64,000 bases of DNA from Candidatus Calditenuaceae archaeon HR02 (GTDB lineage Archaea; Thermoproteota; Nitrososphaeria_A; Caldarchaeales; Calditenuaceae): assembly GCA_002898395.1 (NCBI GenBank), contig BEHE01000002.1, forward strand, positions 1 to 64,000, in the 5' to 3' direction. The notes under the pieces are model-generated. The model did no database searches. It was not told where the DNA came from and saw only the letters and a program-made list of their open reading frames with translations. The position numbers were made by a program, and so were the translations under genes. Each line of letters starts with the position of its first letter. The stretch's first letter is position 1. Positions 1 to 10,406 of the stretch are shown one piece after another.

Positions 1-96
1 CAAAACAGGGCCAGATACAACACAAAGCAAAGAAAAAAACTCGTGAAGATAAATAAGCTATCCAGAGATATACCCCCGACGAGGGCTTAAAAGCCT

Positions 97-762
97 CTAG
101 ACGACTTTGTACCTTTGTACTGCTTCTCTGAAGTTCATACCCTGTCTTATGGACTTCCGGAACTCGGTCTCCTTCTCGACCTTCTTCTCAGCCTCCTCTA
201 GGACCTCCCAAACTACTTGTTTGGGGATTACAACGATGCCGTCGAAGTCGCCGTAGACTATGTCGCCAGGCCTTATTCTAACTCCTCCGCAGACTATCTC
301 TACTTCGCTCTCTGAGAATTCTACGCGTCCTTTTGAGTCGGCTGGTGTGAACCCGGCTGAGTATACCTGGAATGGAGGGTTTATTTCGAGGATTTTTGGG
401 ACATCTCTGATAGCTCCGTCGACAACCGCCCCGACTGCTCCGCGAGACCTGGCCGCGTTTGACATTAGCTCGCCCCAGCATGCGGCTTCTCTGTTTCCCC
501 CCGTTGCCACGACGACCACGCAGCCGTTATAACAGGCGTCGAAGATAGCTGCGAGCGACTCTATATTCCTCTCACCCCTCCTGTATGATGAGTACCAGTA
601 GGTTGAGACGGTTACTGCGGGGCCGCATATCTTCACATCGCTGTAGAGTGGGCGGAGGTTTCCTTTGAGGACCTGCTCAGTGTACCCCATGTCGTCTAGG
701 ATGTCCGCGACTGCTGGTACGTAGAGCTGGCTGAGACGGCTCCTTAGCTGGACTAAATCCAT
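97..762 (-). CDS. RraA family / 4-hydroxy-4-methyl-2-oxoglutarate aldolase-like protein
   Basis: Motifs VADILD, ICGPAVT, ACWGELMSNAARSRGAVGAVVDGAIRD and PGDIVYGDFDG. Likely start is ATG at 762 (MDLVQL), not 867. Confidence 0.85.
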   Translation of the reverse strand: MDLVQLRSRLSQLYVPAVADILDDMGYTEQVLKGNLRPLYSDVKICGPAVTVSTYWYSSYRRGERNIESLAAIFDACYNGCVVVVATGGNREAACWGELMSNAARSRGAVGAVVDGAIRDVPKILEINPPFQVYSAGFTPADSKGRVEFSESEVEIVCGGVRIRPGDIVYGDFDGIVVIPKQVVWEVLEEAEKKVEKETEFRKSIRQGMNFREAVQRYKVV

Positions 763-1279
763 CTCAACGAAAAACGCTCTCCATTCGATGATAAATAGTT
801 TCTTGGGGGAATTCGGTAGAGACCATTCCCACCAGCTCCGCCAATACCTTACACAATTTGACCCCACTTCCTGCTCTAAAGGTGGACAGGTATGGGATTG
901 TTCTGTTATTCAGCCCCTTCATATAATCGTTTCCTAACTCTCTTCTTCCAGAACCAGTTCTTTACTGGCTGACTGCTAGGAGAGCACCTCCACATATACT
1001 TACATAATCTGATAGTCTGAGATCAGCTTAATCCGTTAGCGTCTTCAGTGGAAGTATTTCTAGCGAGGACATTGTGGTTCGAGTTAATCCTATTAACCAG
1101 CAGAAATGCTCCAAGCCATTGTCGGGTCTGCCTCGATTAACGCCGCGCCGAGCGTAGAATAATTATCCAATTCTTACGGCATCGTTAATGCTCATTCACC
1201 CTAGAAGGCTACACAGTGTCCAGCCTACCTTATCATTATTTCTGTAACTTTGTTGGATGTTATGGTGGTTGGAGATGCT

Positions 1280-2281
1280 TTAAAAGCGTGGTTCTCCTTT
1301 CAGATTGTATCCCCTCTTCTCCAGTTTATCGACCCCCTTCCTTAAGGCCTCTTTAAGCTCTTTTACCCGGTTTTCCTGGAGCTCGTCGTATGTGAAGGCC
1401 CAATAACCCCATTCGATACCCGCCGCATACTTCAGCTTGTCGGCGTATCGGTGGATTGTATAGAACTCGATGTGGAGGTGGTAGTGGGGGTAGATGCCCT
1501 TTACCGGCGCTTGATGTGTGACCATCATGTAGGGGAGGCTGAAGCCAAAGAGGGAGTTATACATCGAGACTGCGACTGCGAGCATGTCTGCAAGATTCTC
1601 CTTCTCTTCCACCATCAGCTCTGGGAGGAGCTGTAGGTGCCTTCTCGGATAGATGTGGCACTCGTGGGGCCACTGCGCATAGAATGGAAGGATCAGGATG
1701 AAGTCCCTGTTTGAATATAGTATCCTCTCCCCCCTCTCCTCTTCTCCCACAATATCACAAACTAGGCAAGACCCCTTCTCCCCATAGTAGCTGGACATGG
1801 ATTCCAGCTCTCTCTCAATCCTAAGTGGTATGAATGGTAGGGCGTATATCTGTGAGTGTGGATGGTGGATAGATACACCTATGAGCTCTCCCTTATTCCT
1901 GAATGGGGCAACATATTTGATCCCCGGGTCTCTACCAAGCTCGTCAGTCTCACGCCCAAGTATATCCACGTATTTGACGAGATTCTTGAAGGGTATTGTG
2001 TCGAGATCACCCTCGTGATCTGGTGTCTCTATTATGACCCTGCACCTACCGTAGCCTGGCTCGAGCTTTGAGAAGCTTGGGGCGTCTGTCGAGACGGCCG
2101 GCGCTGTTGAGAGGGAGGGGTATCTGTTGTCAAGCGATAGGACGTCCCAGCCGTATCCTGTTTCAGGGGCTCCTGGGCAAAAGGGGCACTTTACGTTCCT
2201 CCAGGGCCTGGTTGCCCTACCGCTCGCCACTATTACCCATGTCCCTAGTAGCGGGTGCCAACGAATCTCATTTATGCTCAT
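1280..2281 (-). CDS. galT: galactose-1-phosphate uridylyltransferase
   Basis: EIRWHPLLGTW, RPW, CPFCPG and catalytic HPHSQ; ATGA overlap with galK. Confidence 0.93.
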   Translation of the reverse strand: MSINEIRWHPLLGTWVIVASGRATRPWRNVKCPFCPGAPETGYGWDVLSLDNRYPSLSTAPAVSTDAPSFSKLEPGYGRCRVIIETPDHEGDLDTIPFKNLVKYVDILGRETDELGRDPGIKYVAPFRNKGELIGVSIHHPHSQIYALPFIPLRIERELESMSSYYGEKGSCLVCDIVGEEERGERILYSNRDFILILPFYAQWPHECHIYPRRHLQLLPELMVEEKENLADMLAVAVSMYNSLFGFSLPYMMVTHQAPVKGIYPHYHLHIEFYTIHRYADKLKYAAGIEWGYWAFTYDELQENRVKELKEALRKGVDKLEKRGYNLKGEPRF

Positions 2282-3489
2282 TCAGAGTAATCAAGGGTTG
2301 ACCCTCTATCTATTCTTAACCGCCAGCCCCTGACTGCGCCGGCTGCTAATGCGGCTTCAAGCGCCGACCTCGAGGATTCAGCATCCTTGCAGAGAGCTAT
2401 GAGACAGCCACCAAGCCCGGCTCCGCTTATCTTGACGCCCAGGGCCCCATTCTCCAGCATTGCGTCTCGAATACTCTCCAGCTCCGGTAAACTTACGTCG
2501 TAAAGGTCTCGGAGAAGCTCGTGCTGCTCATTGATTATATGGGCGAGCTTAGAAAGGTCCTTTGGCCCGTATCGCATTAGTTCAAGGGCTCTTCTCGTCG
2601 ACTCATTGGCCAACAGCGTATAGGCTATCCTTCTGGCCGGCTTGTCACTCAGGCGCGATAGGTATGGGGCCAGCTCGTCGTATGTCATTTCCTCCCACCT
2701 GGTGCTGTCAAAGCTCTCCCCTAAAAACCCCCTAAGCCTTTGGCTGAGGTCCATTCTTCGGAGAGCCTTCAGCCCATCGTTCAACTCCCTCTGCCTAACA
2801 GGGTGTATGCTGCTGACGCTGTGTCTTATCCCCGAGTCTACGGCCACTAGGCTGACATCGCCTATTTGGAGGGTCTCGTATCTCACGGGCGGCCTGGGGT
2901 AGAGGAGGATTGCTCCCCCTAGGGCCGCGCTGTATTGGTCCAGTCTCCCGCAGGGTATTCCCATGACCTCGTTCTCAGCCTTGAAGCATATCTCGGCCAG
3001 TTCCACCTTCTCTAGGTTTAGGGCCCAATAATTGTTGAGGAACTCGGCAAACGCCACCTCCAACGCCGCGCTACTTGCTAGGCCGCTTCCAATAGGTACG
3101 TCGCTATGAATCACGATGTCACCGCCGATCGATGCCCCTCCAACCCTTTCGTTGATCACCTTCACAACCGCTCTAAGATAGTCGCCAAACCATCCTCCTC
3201 CCACCAGTGGGGGGTCCTTGACGCTAAACTCGTCGACGGATTCCTCGCCACGCTCTTGGAGCGTTAGGCTCCGCACCCTGAAGGTATCGGGGCTCTCCCC
3301 GACGACGCCTATGTAGGTCCTAAGGTTTACTGCTATTGGCACGACAGGGAGCCCCTTATAGTCTTGGTGGGTGTTTAGAAAATCCATACGTCCCGGCGCT
3401 GAAGCCACTAGATAGGGAGGCCTGCCTACATGCCGCTCTGTAAGCGAGATGAATATGGAGATGTCCCCACCCACTCCATTATTCTCCAA
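2278..3489 (-). CDS. galK: galactokinase-family GHMP kinase
   Basis: PIGSGLASSAA, CGRLDQ, KISGAGLGG; N-terminal PGRMDFLNTHQDY; coupled to galT. Confidence 0.85.
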   Translation of the reverse strand: MENNGVGGDISIFISLTERHVGRPPYLVASAPGRMDFLNTHQDYKGLPVVPIAVNLRTYIGVVGESPDTFRVRSLTLQERGEESVDEFSVKDPPLVGGGWFGDYLRAVVKVINERVGGASIGGDIVIHSDVPIGSGLASSAALEVAFAEFLNNYWALNLEKVELAEICFKAENEVMGIPCGRLDQYSAALGGAILLYPRPPVRYETLQIGDVSLVAVDSGIRHSVSSIHPVRQRELNDGLKALRRMDLSQRLRGFLGESFDSTRWEEMTYDELAPYLSRLSDKPARRIAYTLLANESTRRALELMRYGPKDLSKLAHIINEQHELLRDLYDVSLPELESIRDAMLENGALGVKISGAGLGGCLIALCKDAESSRSALEAALAAGAVRGWRLRIDRGSTLDYSE

Positions 3490-3555
3490 CCCGCCCCCCC
3501 ATATTTTCTTGCAACAAAGCTACATAAATCTGAAACCCTAAGTCATGATTAGCCG

Positions 3556-4218
3556 ATGCAAGCCGAGGATGTTCACGTGAGGGTTGAGCCAAGACTCTCT
3601 GAAAGCTTTCCAGGTATATCTGTCCTCGCGTTCAAGCTGGATGGGCTGGATCTATCTAGGGGAGGCGAGCGTGTCGATCGGCTCATAGACGAGGTTGTGG
3701 GGGAGGTGAAGAGAACCTATAGCTTGGAGACTTTGAAGGATGTTCCCATCTTTCGGGCCTACAGGGACTTCTTCTGGCGTATAGGCATCGACCCTACTAA
3801 GATGAGGCCATCTTCTGAGGCTCTTGTCAGGCGCGTTCTACTGGGGCGAGAGTTCCCTCGCATAAACCCTCTCGTAGATCTCTATAACCTGGCATCGGTC
3901 AAGACAGGCGTGACCATTGCTGCTTATGACGATTTAAAGGTCTTACCCCCGCTTAGCCTGACGTGGAGTAGGCGTGGAGAACGCTTCAAGGGAATAGGGA
4001 TGGAGAAGGAGATTATTCTGGAGGGAAGGGAGGTGGTTCTGAGGGATGAGGCCGCGATCCTGTCAATATACCCCTACCGGGACTCTGAACACTCTAAGAC
4101 GGACAGCACAACCAGGTCAGCTATTATTGTGATGTGCGGTGTGCCAGGCGTCGCTCCCTCAACCCTAGCACAGGCTAAGGAGATAGTTCTCAAATACGTT
4201 AAGGTAGCTCTAGGGTAG
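3556..4218 (+). CDS. stand-alone B3/B4 (PheRS-beta-like) tRNA-editing domain protein
   Basis: AYRDFFWRIGIDPTKMRPSSEAL, PRINPLVDLYN. Confidence 0.88.
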   Translation: MQAEDVHVRVEPRLSESFPGISVLAFKLDGLDLSRGGERVDRLIDEVVGEVKRTYSLETLKDVPIFRAYRDFFWRIGIDPTKMRPSSEALVRRVLLGREFPRINPLVDLYNLASVKTGVTIAAYDDLKVLPPLSLTWSRRGERFKGIGMEKEIILEGREVVLRDEAAILSIYPYRDSEHSKTDSTTRSAIIVMCGVPGVAPSTLAQAKEIVLKYVKVALG

Positions 4219-4264
4219 GAAGGAGGGTCGCATCTATTAGTCCCTAGGATGAGGGTATCTTAGG

Positions 4265-5254
4265 GTGCGAGGGGGAGAATTAGTCTGCCTGGGCATCGAG
4301 TCGACGGCCCATACAATCGGTGTAGGAGTAGTTGACTCCAGCGGCCTCATCCTCGCAAACGAGCTCGAGACCTTTAGGCCTCTTAAAGGCGGAATCCACC
4401 CTCGCGAGGCAGCCCAGCACCACGCATCTGTTGCCCACCAAGTATTAGAGAGGGCGCTGAGAAAGGCGGGTGTAAGCCCTTATGAGATAGATGCGGTGGC
4501 ATTTTCCTATGGCCCGGGTTTGGGGCCCTGCCTTAGGACAGGGGCCACCCTCGCGCGGGCTCTCGCCCTGAAGCTCGGACGCCCTCTCATAGCAGTGAAC
4601 CATGGAGTGGCGCACATTGAGATTGGTAAGCTTCTCACAGGTTTTAGGGACCCCGTAGTCCTATACGTCGCTGGCGGTAACACCCTCGTAACAACTCTGC
4701 ACGAGGGAAGATACAGGATACTGGGCGAAACACTAGACATTGCAGCAGGCAACTGTCTAGACGCTTTCGGCATAAGTGCTGGGATAGGACCTATGCCCGC
4801 CCCCGAACAATATGCAAGACGCGGCAGAAGCCTCCACAGTATGCCCTTCAACATCAAAGGCATGGACGTCTCCTTCTCCGGCATACTTACGGCGGCTGAG
4901 AGGCTATTAGCTGGTGGGGTTCCAGTGGAGGATGTATCGCTTTCAGTTACCGAGGCCGTCTACGCCATGTTAACCGAGGTTCTCGAAAGGGCACTGGCCC
5001 TCACCCTGAAGAAGGAGGTTCTCCTAGTAGGTGGCCTTGCGAGGAGTAGACGTCTACAAGAGATGGTGAAGGAGATGGTGAAGACTCATGTGGCAGAGTT
5101 CAGACCAATACCAGACGAGTATCTGGGCGATAATGGGGCGATGATTGCCTGGACAGGCATCAAGATGCTCCAACACGGCCAAGTCACACCAATAGAGCAG
5201 AGCATTGTCAGGCCAAGGCTCAGGATAGACGAGACAGAGGTGGTCTGGTACTGA
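4265..5254 (+). CDS. kae1: KEOPS t6A threonylcarbamoyltransferase Kae1
   Basis: LGIESTAHT, GGIHPREAAQHH, GPGLGPCL, VNHGVAHIE, DNGAMIA. Confidence 0.96.
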   Translation: MRGGELVCLGIESTAHTIGVGVVDSSGLILANELETFRPLKGGIHPREAAQHHASVAHQVLERALRKAGVSPYEIDAVAFSYGPGLGPCLRTGATLARALALKLGRPLIAVNHGVAHIEIGKLLTGFRDPVVLYVAGGNTLVTTLHEGRYRILGETLDIAAGNCLDAFGISAGIGPMPAPEQYARRGRSLHSMPFNIKGMDVSFSGILTAAERLLAGGVPVEDVSLSVTEAVYAMLTEVLERALALTLKKEVLLVGGLARSRRLQEMVKEMVKTHVAEFRPIPDEYLGDNGAMIAWTGIKMLQHGQVTPIEQSIVRPRLRIDETEVVWY

Positions 5255-5277
5255 TAGTCGAGATCCAGGACCTTGGT

Positions 5278-5907
5278 GTGATTAAGATAGGGGCGGAGGC
5301 GGTCCTAAGAAAGGTCTCTTGGCTCGGCCTAACACTGGTCGAGAAGAAGAGGATGCCTAAACCTTATAGACACCCCCAACTTGACAAGGAGATCAGAGCA
5401 TCGCGGACACTCAAGGAGGCGAGGATAATGATTAGAGCCAAGGAAGTTGGCGTAACGTGCCCAGCCGTCATACATGTGGACCTGGAAGGGGCCGCGATCT
5501 ATATGCAGTACATAGACGGAGCAGATCTGCGGGCACTTCTCTCGGCCCAGCATCCTATCCTAGGACAGGTCGTGAAGATGCTTGGCTCCTCTCTAGCGAG
5601 GCTGCACGTGGCGGGAATCTACCACGGAGATTTCGTCCCATCCAATGTACTGGTAGTAGGTGAACGGCCTGTCTTGATAGATTTTGGGCTAAGTGGTTTC
5701 TCCACCGACGTTGAGGAGCAGGCAGTCGATATCCATCTATTTGAGAGGGGGGTAGCCGCATCCCACCCCTCAATCTCCAAAAACGTGATGGAGGCTTTAA
5801 AGGCCGGGTACGAGAGCGTGTCGGGTAGTTTGAGGCTTAGGGAGATTGTGGAGAGGATAGGTGAGATCAGGGCTCGGGCGAGGTATGTTGAACGCGGAGG
5901 GTTATAG
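5278..5907 (+). CDS. bud32: KEOPS kinase/ATPase Bud32
   Basis: GAEA, PKPYRHPQLD, HGDF..SN, LIDFGL, ARYVE; follows kae1. Confidence 0.94.
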   Translation: MIKIGAEAVLRKVSWLGLTLVEKKRMPKPYRHPQLDKEIRASRTLKEARIMIRAKEVGVTCPAVIHVDLEGAAIYMQYIDGADLRALLSAQHPILGQVVKMLGSSLARLHVAGIYHGDFVPSNVLVVGERPVLIDFGLSGFSTDVEEQAVDIHLFERGVAASHPSISKNVMEALKAGYESVSGSLRLREIVERIGEIRARARYVERGGL

Positions 5908-5908
5908 T

Positions 5909-6472
5909 TCATTTTGCTCCAATGTGTGCGAGGAGCCCCTTTAGCGCCCTCGATCTGTGGGAGTAGAGGTTCTTCTCGCTTATCGTCATCTCGGCGAAGG
6001 TTCTGCCGTCTCCCTCCTCTGGGATGAATATTGGGTCAAAGCCGAAGCCTCCTGTCCCACGCGGCTCCACCGCAATGACTCCCCTCACCTCTCCTGTAAA
6101 GACCAGCTGCCTACCACCCTCTGCAACAAAGCATAATGCCGACCTAAACAATGCCACCCTATCAGAGACTCCCTCCAGAAGTTTGAGAAGTCCCGCGAGG
6201 CCTATCGTTCTATACACGTAAGACGAGTAAGGACCGGGGAACCCTCTGAGCACCCGGACAAAAAGCCCCGAGTCCTCAACCAGAACATTCTCTCCCCACT
6301 TATCAAAAGCCTCAAGCGCCGAGGATTTTACAATCTCGGCCAAATCGTCCGACTGTATCTCCCTAGCTTTCCCCCTAATCCATACGCATTCGATCCCATG
6401 GCTAGAGAGCATTGCTGACAGCTCGGCCCACTTACCCGGGTTCGTTGTTACAACCTTAACAACCGAAATCAT
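5909..6472 (-). CDS. rdgB: non-canonical purine NTP pyrophosphatase (RdgB/Ham1)
   Basis: TTNPGK, VEDSGL, GFPGPYS, GFGFDPIF, KNLYSHR. Confidence 0.95.
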   Translation of the reverse strand: MISVVKVVTTNPGKWAELSAMLSSHGIECVWIRGKAREIQSDDLAEIVKSSALEAFDKWGENVLVEDSGLFVRVLRGFPGPYSSYVYRTIGLAGLLKLLEGVSDRVALFRSALCFVAEGGRQLVFTGEVRGVIAVEPRGTGGFGFDPIFIPEEGDGRTFAEMTISEKNLYSHRSRALKGLLAHIGAK

Positions 6473-6589
6473 GGCAGTCCTACCCAGAATAATATTACTC
6501 CGACGCGTTACTATTTTTCCACGACTCTCTACGACACCAACAGGCTGGGGAGTTTAAATCCCAGAACCTCGCTCTGAAGAATGGTGTAG

Positions 6590-7762
6590 ATGACCGGCTT
6601 AGAGCTCTATCTTACCCCCCTCGCAATCATTTATAGGAGCGGTGAGGGGTGGAGCGGCTCGGTCAGTATAGATACGCCAGAGCGGAACTATCTCAACGAT
6701 ATCCTGTCAGGGGAGCGCTGCCCGCCGGTAGGGGAGATCGCGAGGATTATAAGTGAGAGAGGTGTTCGGAAAGTTTATACTCAGTCACCACAGCTCATCG
6801 CTCTCCTCTCTCAGATGCTTCAGGGTGTAGAGTTTGAGAGGGTAAGATTACCTATGCCCTTGGAGCAGCTGGCAACCTCCTTAGGCGTCGTTGAGGGGTC
6901 TGAGCAGTATAGGGAGTCTGTCCATAGAGTCGCCCTGAAAATTGTGGAGGATTCCCTCAGGAGAGCGGTGCAGAGAAGAGATATGATGATCGTTCAGGCG
7001 GTCAACTATCTCGACGACCTCCAGAAGATAATCAACATGACCGCCTCGCGGCTTATGGAATGGTTCGGGACACACTTCCCCGAACTCCGCGAATATGTCA
7101 GTGACCCGATAAGATATGCGGAGATAGTCTACGAGTACAGGGACAGGGAGGGTATCTCGGAGGCCGCCCAGCGGGGGGCGCTGGGCCCAGAGCTCTCGAG
7201 AAAGATCATTGAGGCAGCTCAGCGCAGCGTGGGGATTGATCTAGCTGAGCAGGATAAGAGAGTTGTATGGGAGGTGGCCTCCACAATCGTCTCTCTAGCA
7301 AAACAGCGTGACGCTCTAGAGAAATACATCAGGACACTCATGGATATTGAGGCGCCGAATCTGACAGCAATCACGGGCCCAGTGATAGGTGCGAGGCTGA
7401 TATCCCTTGCAGGAGGTCTTAATAACCTCGCGCGGCTGCCAGCAAGCACCATACAGGTTCTAGGGGCTGAGAAGGCGCTCTTCAGATTCTTCAAGACGGG
7501 GAGAGGGGCGCCGAAACACGGTGTCATATTCCAGCACCCATATGTTCACGGGTCCCCGAAATGGCAGCGCGGCAAAATAGCTAGGGCACTAGCCACAAAG
7601 ATAGCGTTGGCAGCTAAAATAGACTACCACTCGAGGGAGGATAGGTCGGCGGAGCTTAGGGCAGCGTTGGAGAAGAGGGTTCAGGACATTAGGCAGAAAT
7701 ATCCCTCACCACCTGTCAAGGCGCGTCAGCCTGCTGGTGTTAAGAAGAGGCGGGGAAGATGA
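6590..7762 (+). CDS. nop5: C/D-box sRNP protein Nop5 (Nop56/58)
   Basis: EWFGTHFPEL, APNL, PASTIQVLGAEKALF, PKHGVIFQHP, RGKIAR. Confidence 0.96.
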   Translation: MTGLELYLTPLAIIYRSGEGWSGSVSIDTPERNYLNDILSGERCPPVGEIARIISERGVRKVYTQSPQLIALLSQMLQGVEFERVRLPMPLEQLATSLGVVEGSEQYRESVHRVALKIVEDSLRRAVQRRDMMIVQAVNYLDDLQKIINMTASRLMEWFGTHFPELREYVSDPIRYAEIVYEYRDREGISEAAQRGALGPELSRKIIEAAQRSVGIDLAEQDKRVVWEVASTIVSLAKQRDALEKYIRTLMDIEAPNLTAITGPVIGARLISLAGGLNNLARLPASTIQVLGAEKALFRFFKTGRGAPKHGVIFQHPYVHGSPKWQRGKIARALATKIALAAKIDYHSREDRSAELRAALEKRVQDIRQKYPSPPVKARQPAGVKKRRGR

Positions 7763-8445
7763 GCGTAGAGGAAATCCCACCGTTCAAGGGTGTCTACGTC
7801 TATAGGACTGAGGGGCAGAAGCTCCTCGTGACTGAGAATCTTGACAGGGGCTTCAGCGTGTATGGGGAGAGGCTTTTCAGGGTTATGGGGACTGAGTTTA
7901 GGGAGTGGGTTCCGTTTCGGAGCAAGCTTGCAGCCGCAATACTGTGCGGCCTAAAGGAATGGGGAATAAGCAGAGGTAAGACGGTCCTCTACCTCGGCGC
8001 CGCCTCAGGCACAACACTCAGCCATGTCTCAGACATCATAGGCCGTGAAGGCTTTGCCTACGCGGTAGAATTCGCCCCCCGCGTACTCTCACAGCTAATA
8101 GAGAGGGTGGTGCGCAGGCGGTCTAACGTAGTAGCCGTGTTCGCAGACGCGAGGATGCCGGAGAGATACGCTGGGCTAGTGGACCTTGTCGACTTTATTT
8201 ACTGCGATATAGCCCAGCCAGACCAGTCTAGGATACTGGTAGAGAATGCGGAACTCTTCCTAAAGAGGGGTGGAGATGTTATGATAGCGATTAAGGCGCG
8301 GAGCATCGACAGCGTGGAGGAGCCTGAAAAGGTCTACAGGAGAGAAATAAGGACAATGGAGGACTCGGGCCTCAAGGTATTAGAGACGGTCAACCTCGCC
8401 CCCTACGAGGAAGATCACATAATGGTTAGGGCGAGGTATGAGTAG
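7759..8445 (+). CDS. flpA: fibrillarin-like 2'-O-methyltransferase
   Basis: VYGE, WVPFRSKLAA, VLYLGAASGTT, DIAQPDQ, IKARSID. Confidence 0.97.
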   Translation: MSVEEIPPFKGVYVYRTEGQKLLVTENLDRGFSVYGERLFRVMGTEFREWVPFRSKLAAAILCGLKEWGISRGKTVLYLGAASGTTLSHVSDIIGREGFAYAVEFAPRVLSQLIERVVRRRSNVVAVFADARMPERYAGLVDLVDFIYCDIAQPDQSRILVENAELFLKRGGDVMIAIKARSIDSVEEPEKVYRREIRTMEDSGLKVLETVNLAPYEEDHIMVRARYE

Positions 8446-9118
8446 GCTGAGCAGAGTCGTAGGCGTGGATGAGGCTGGACGTGGAGCAGTGATAGGCCCG
8501 CTAGTCGTGGCCGGAATAGCAGTAAGTGAAGACATGATTCCGCGGCTCGAAGAGGCGGGGGTCAAAGACTCTAAAAAGCTGACCAGAAAACGTAGAGAAG
8601 AGCTATACAAATGGCTCACATCAACAGGCGTCGAGAATAGGTTCGAGCTAATCGAGCCTGAGAGGGTCGATATATATACTAGAAGGCGCGGGGGGCCTGG
8701 AATCAATACTCTAGAGATAGAGGCTATAGTATCACTCGCAGAGGTGCTCAGGCCCGACGTTATGATAGTAGACAGTCCCTCCAAAAACACAGAGTCTATA
8801 AGATCGAAAATATCTCAACACCTGGCCGGTGTCAGGGTAATATGCCAGTGCCACGCCGATGAGGAATACCCTGTAGTTGCAGCCGCCTCGATAGTGGCGA
8901 AGGTAATACGCGACGCAGCCCTATCTGACCTTGCAAAGACGCTGGGTGATATTGGTTCAGGCTACCCTTCAGATCCCAGGACCCTCGCCTTTCTACACAG
9001 GCTTGTCAGGCAGAAAGGCCTCACAGACGTTGTTAGGAGGTCCTGGAGGACGGTGGATAGGGTCATGCCCACCTTAGGAGAGTACCTCGGCCTGGAGGAT
9101 AGCTCAGGAGAGGGTTAA
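8438..9118 (+). CDS. rnhB: ribonuclease HII
   Basis: GVDEAGRG, DSKKL, VAAASIVAKVIRD, GSGYPSDP. Confidence 0.97.
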   Translation: MSRLSRVVGVDEAGRGAVIGPLVVAGIAVSEDMIPRLEEAGVKDSKKLTRKRREELYKWLTSTGVENRFELIEPERVDIYTRRRGGPGINTLEIEAIVSLAEVLRPDVMIVDSPSKNTESIRSKISQHLAGVRVICQCHADEEYPVVAAASIVAKVIRDAALSDLAKTLGDIGSGYPSDPRTLAFLHRLVRQKGLTDVVRRSWRTVDRVMPTLGEYLGLEDSSGEG

Positions 9119-9157
9119 TTTTTATAAAGTAGGAAAGCACGTTATATATGGACACTT

Positions 9158-9817
9158 ATGGTAACTAAGTCGCGCCAAGACGATATAGAAAATGTTCTCA
9201 TCCAAATAACACATGAGTACACCCTCAAAATCAACAACTGCATGCGGATATACTCATCAATGCTTTCATCCCTGATTTCTAACGGTCCCTCAGAAAGTAT
9301 GGAGAAGGGATTCTCCGAGATATTGAAGATTGACGAGGAGTGTAAGGGTCTCAAAAGGAGCGCCGAGCAGCAGGTGATGAGTTATGGGGCCCTCTTAGTT
9401 CAAAGGGGAGAATACATCAGAGTAATAGCCCTGCTCGACAAGATCCTCGATAAAATTGAAGGGGCCGCCTATAGAACCTTAACACTTTACAAGCTGAAAG
9501 GGTTGGACAACCTATCACTCGCGGGGCTAACACAGATGACTGAAAAAGTTCATGCTGGGACTGAGATGCTTAGGGAGTGTCTAAGGGCCCTGATGCTCCA
9601 GGTTACAGCTCTACATGAGAAGCTTGATGAATTAGAACAGTATGAAAAAATTGTTGACGAAATGTATAGGGGCTTTGACGTCGAGATACTACAAAGCAAG
9701 ATGAAACTTCCTCAAATGATACTTGTCAGAGAGGTTGCGGAGATTCTTGAGGAAATAGCAGACCACATGGAGGAGATATCAAACATCATAAGAGTGATAT
9801 ATCCTAGGGGGAGGTAG
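9158..9817 (+). CDS. DUF47/PhoU-like helical protein
   Basis: Two helical repeats (IDEEC..LKR, LEQYEKIVDEMYR, LEEIADHMEE). Confidence 0.7.
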   Translation: MVTKSRQDDIENVLIQITHEYTLKINNCMRIYSSMLSSLISNGPSESMEKGFSEILKIDEECKGLKRSAEQQVMSYGALLVQRGEYIRVIALLDKILDKIEGAAYRTLTLYKLKGLDNLSLAGLTQMTEKVHAGTEMLRECLRALMLQVTALHEKLDELEQYEKIVDEMYRGFDVEILQSKMKLPQMILVREVAEILEEIADHMEEISNIIRVIYPRGR

Positions 9818-9842
9818 CTATTAGCCGGGTCAGGGCTGTAAC

Positions 9843-10403
9843 GTGAAAGAGCAGTTGAAGAGACCGGTTCGCGCAGATATCATTGAATCTCATATAGTGG
9901 TCTTTGACAGGGAAGGGGCCCGTCAGCTCTTCTCGCAGGGATTCTATGGCAAACCGCTCGGAATCCCAAAGCCCAAAGGCGCCGACTTCGACGCACCACT
10001 TATCCTAGACTTAATCGAGGCACGCTATTTAGCAGAGAAAGGTCTGATCGAGGTTTACAGGGGAGATAGAGTGGTCAGCTTAGAAGAGCTCACAGAGCTG
10101 GGAAATGAGCTCTATGCACGGTTCCGGCAGCTCTATCCAGTTTACAGGGACTTGCGTGAGCGTGGTTTCGTTGTGACACCGGGGATAAAATTTGGTAGCG
10201 ACTTTGCGGTGTACAAGTATGGGCCGGGTATAGATCATGCCCCCTACATAGTCCAGGTGAAATCAGAGGATGAAGAAATAAGTGCGACGGAGATCGTCAG
10301 GGCTGGCAGGCTGGCGACAACCGTGCGGAAAAACTTCATCATCGCGGTGCCTGAAGAGTCCGGAAGGATAAGATATATCCTATTCTCTTGGGTTAAGCTA
10401 TAA
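9843..10403 (+). CDS. endA: tRNA-intron endonuclease, catalytic alpha subunit with crenarchaeal-specific loop
   Basis: GFYGKPLGIPKPK loop, GIKFGSDFAVY, DHAPY, RLATTVRK (Y-H-K triad). Confidence 0.95.
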   Translation: MKEQLKRPVRADIIESHIVVFDREGARQLFSQGFYGKPLGIPKPKGADFDAPLILDLIEARYLAEKGLIEVYRGDRVVSLEELTELGNELYARFRQLYPVYRDLRERGFVVTPGIKFGSDFAVYKYGPGIDHAPYIVQVKSEDEEISATEIVRAGRLATTVRKNFIIAVPEESGRIRYILFSWVKL

Positions 10404-10406
10404 GCT

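Noticed and set aside
763-1279. About 500-bp gap between the RraA gene and galT as an ncRNA or pseudogene
   Set aside because: No recognisable motif, C/D boxes or stable GC-rich structure. Left unexplained.
5909-6472. rdgB convergent with bud32 rather than co-oriented
   Set aside because: A simple local rearrangement with no functional implication evident.
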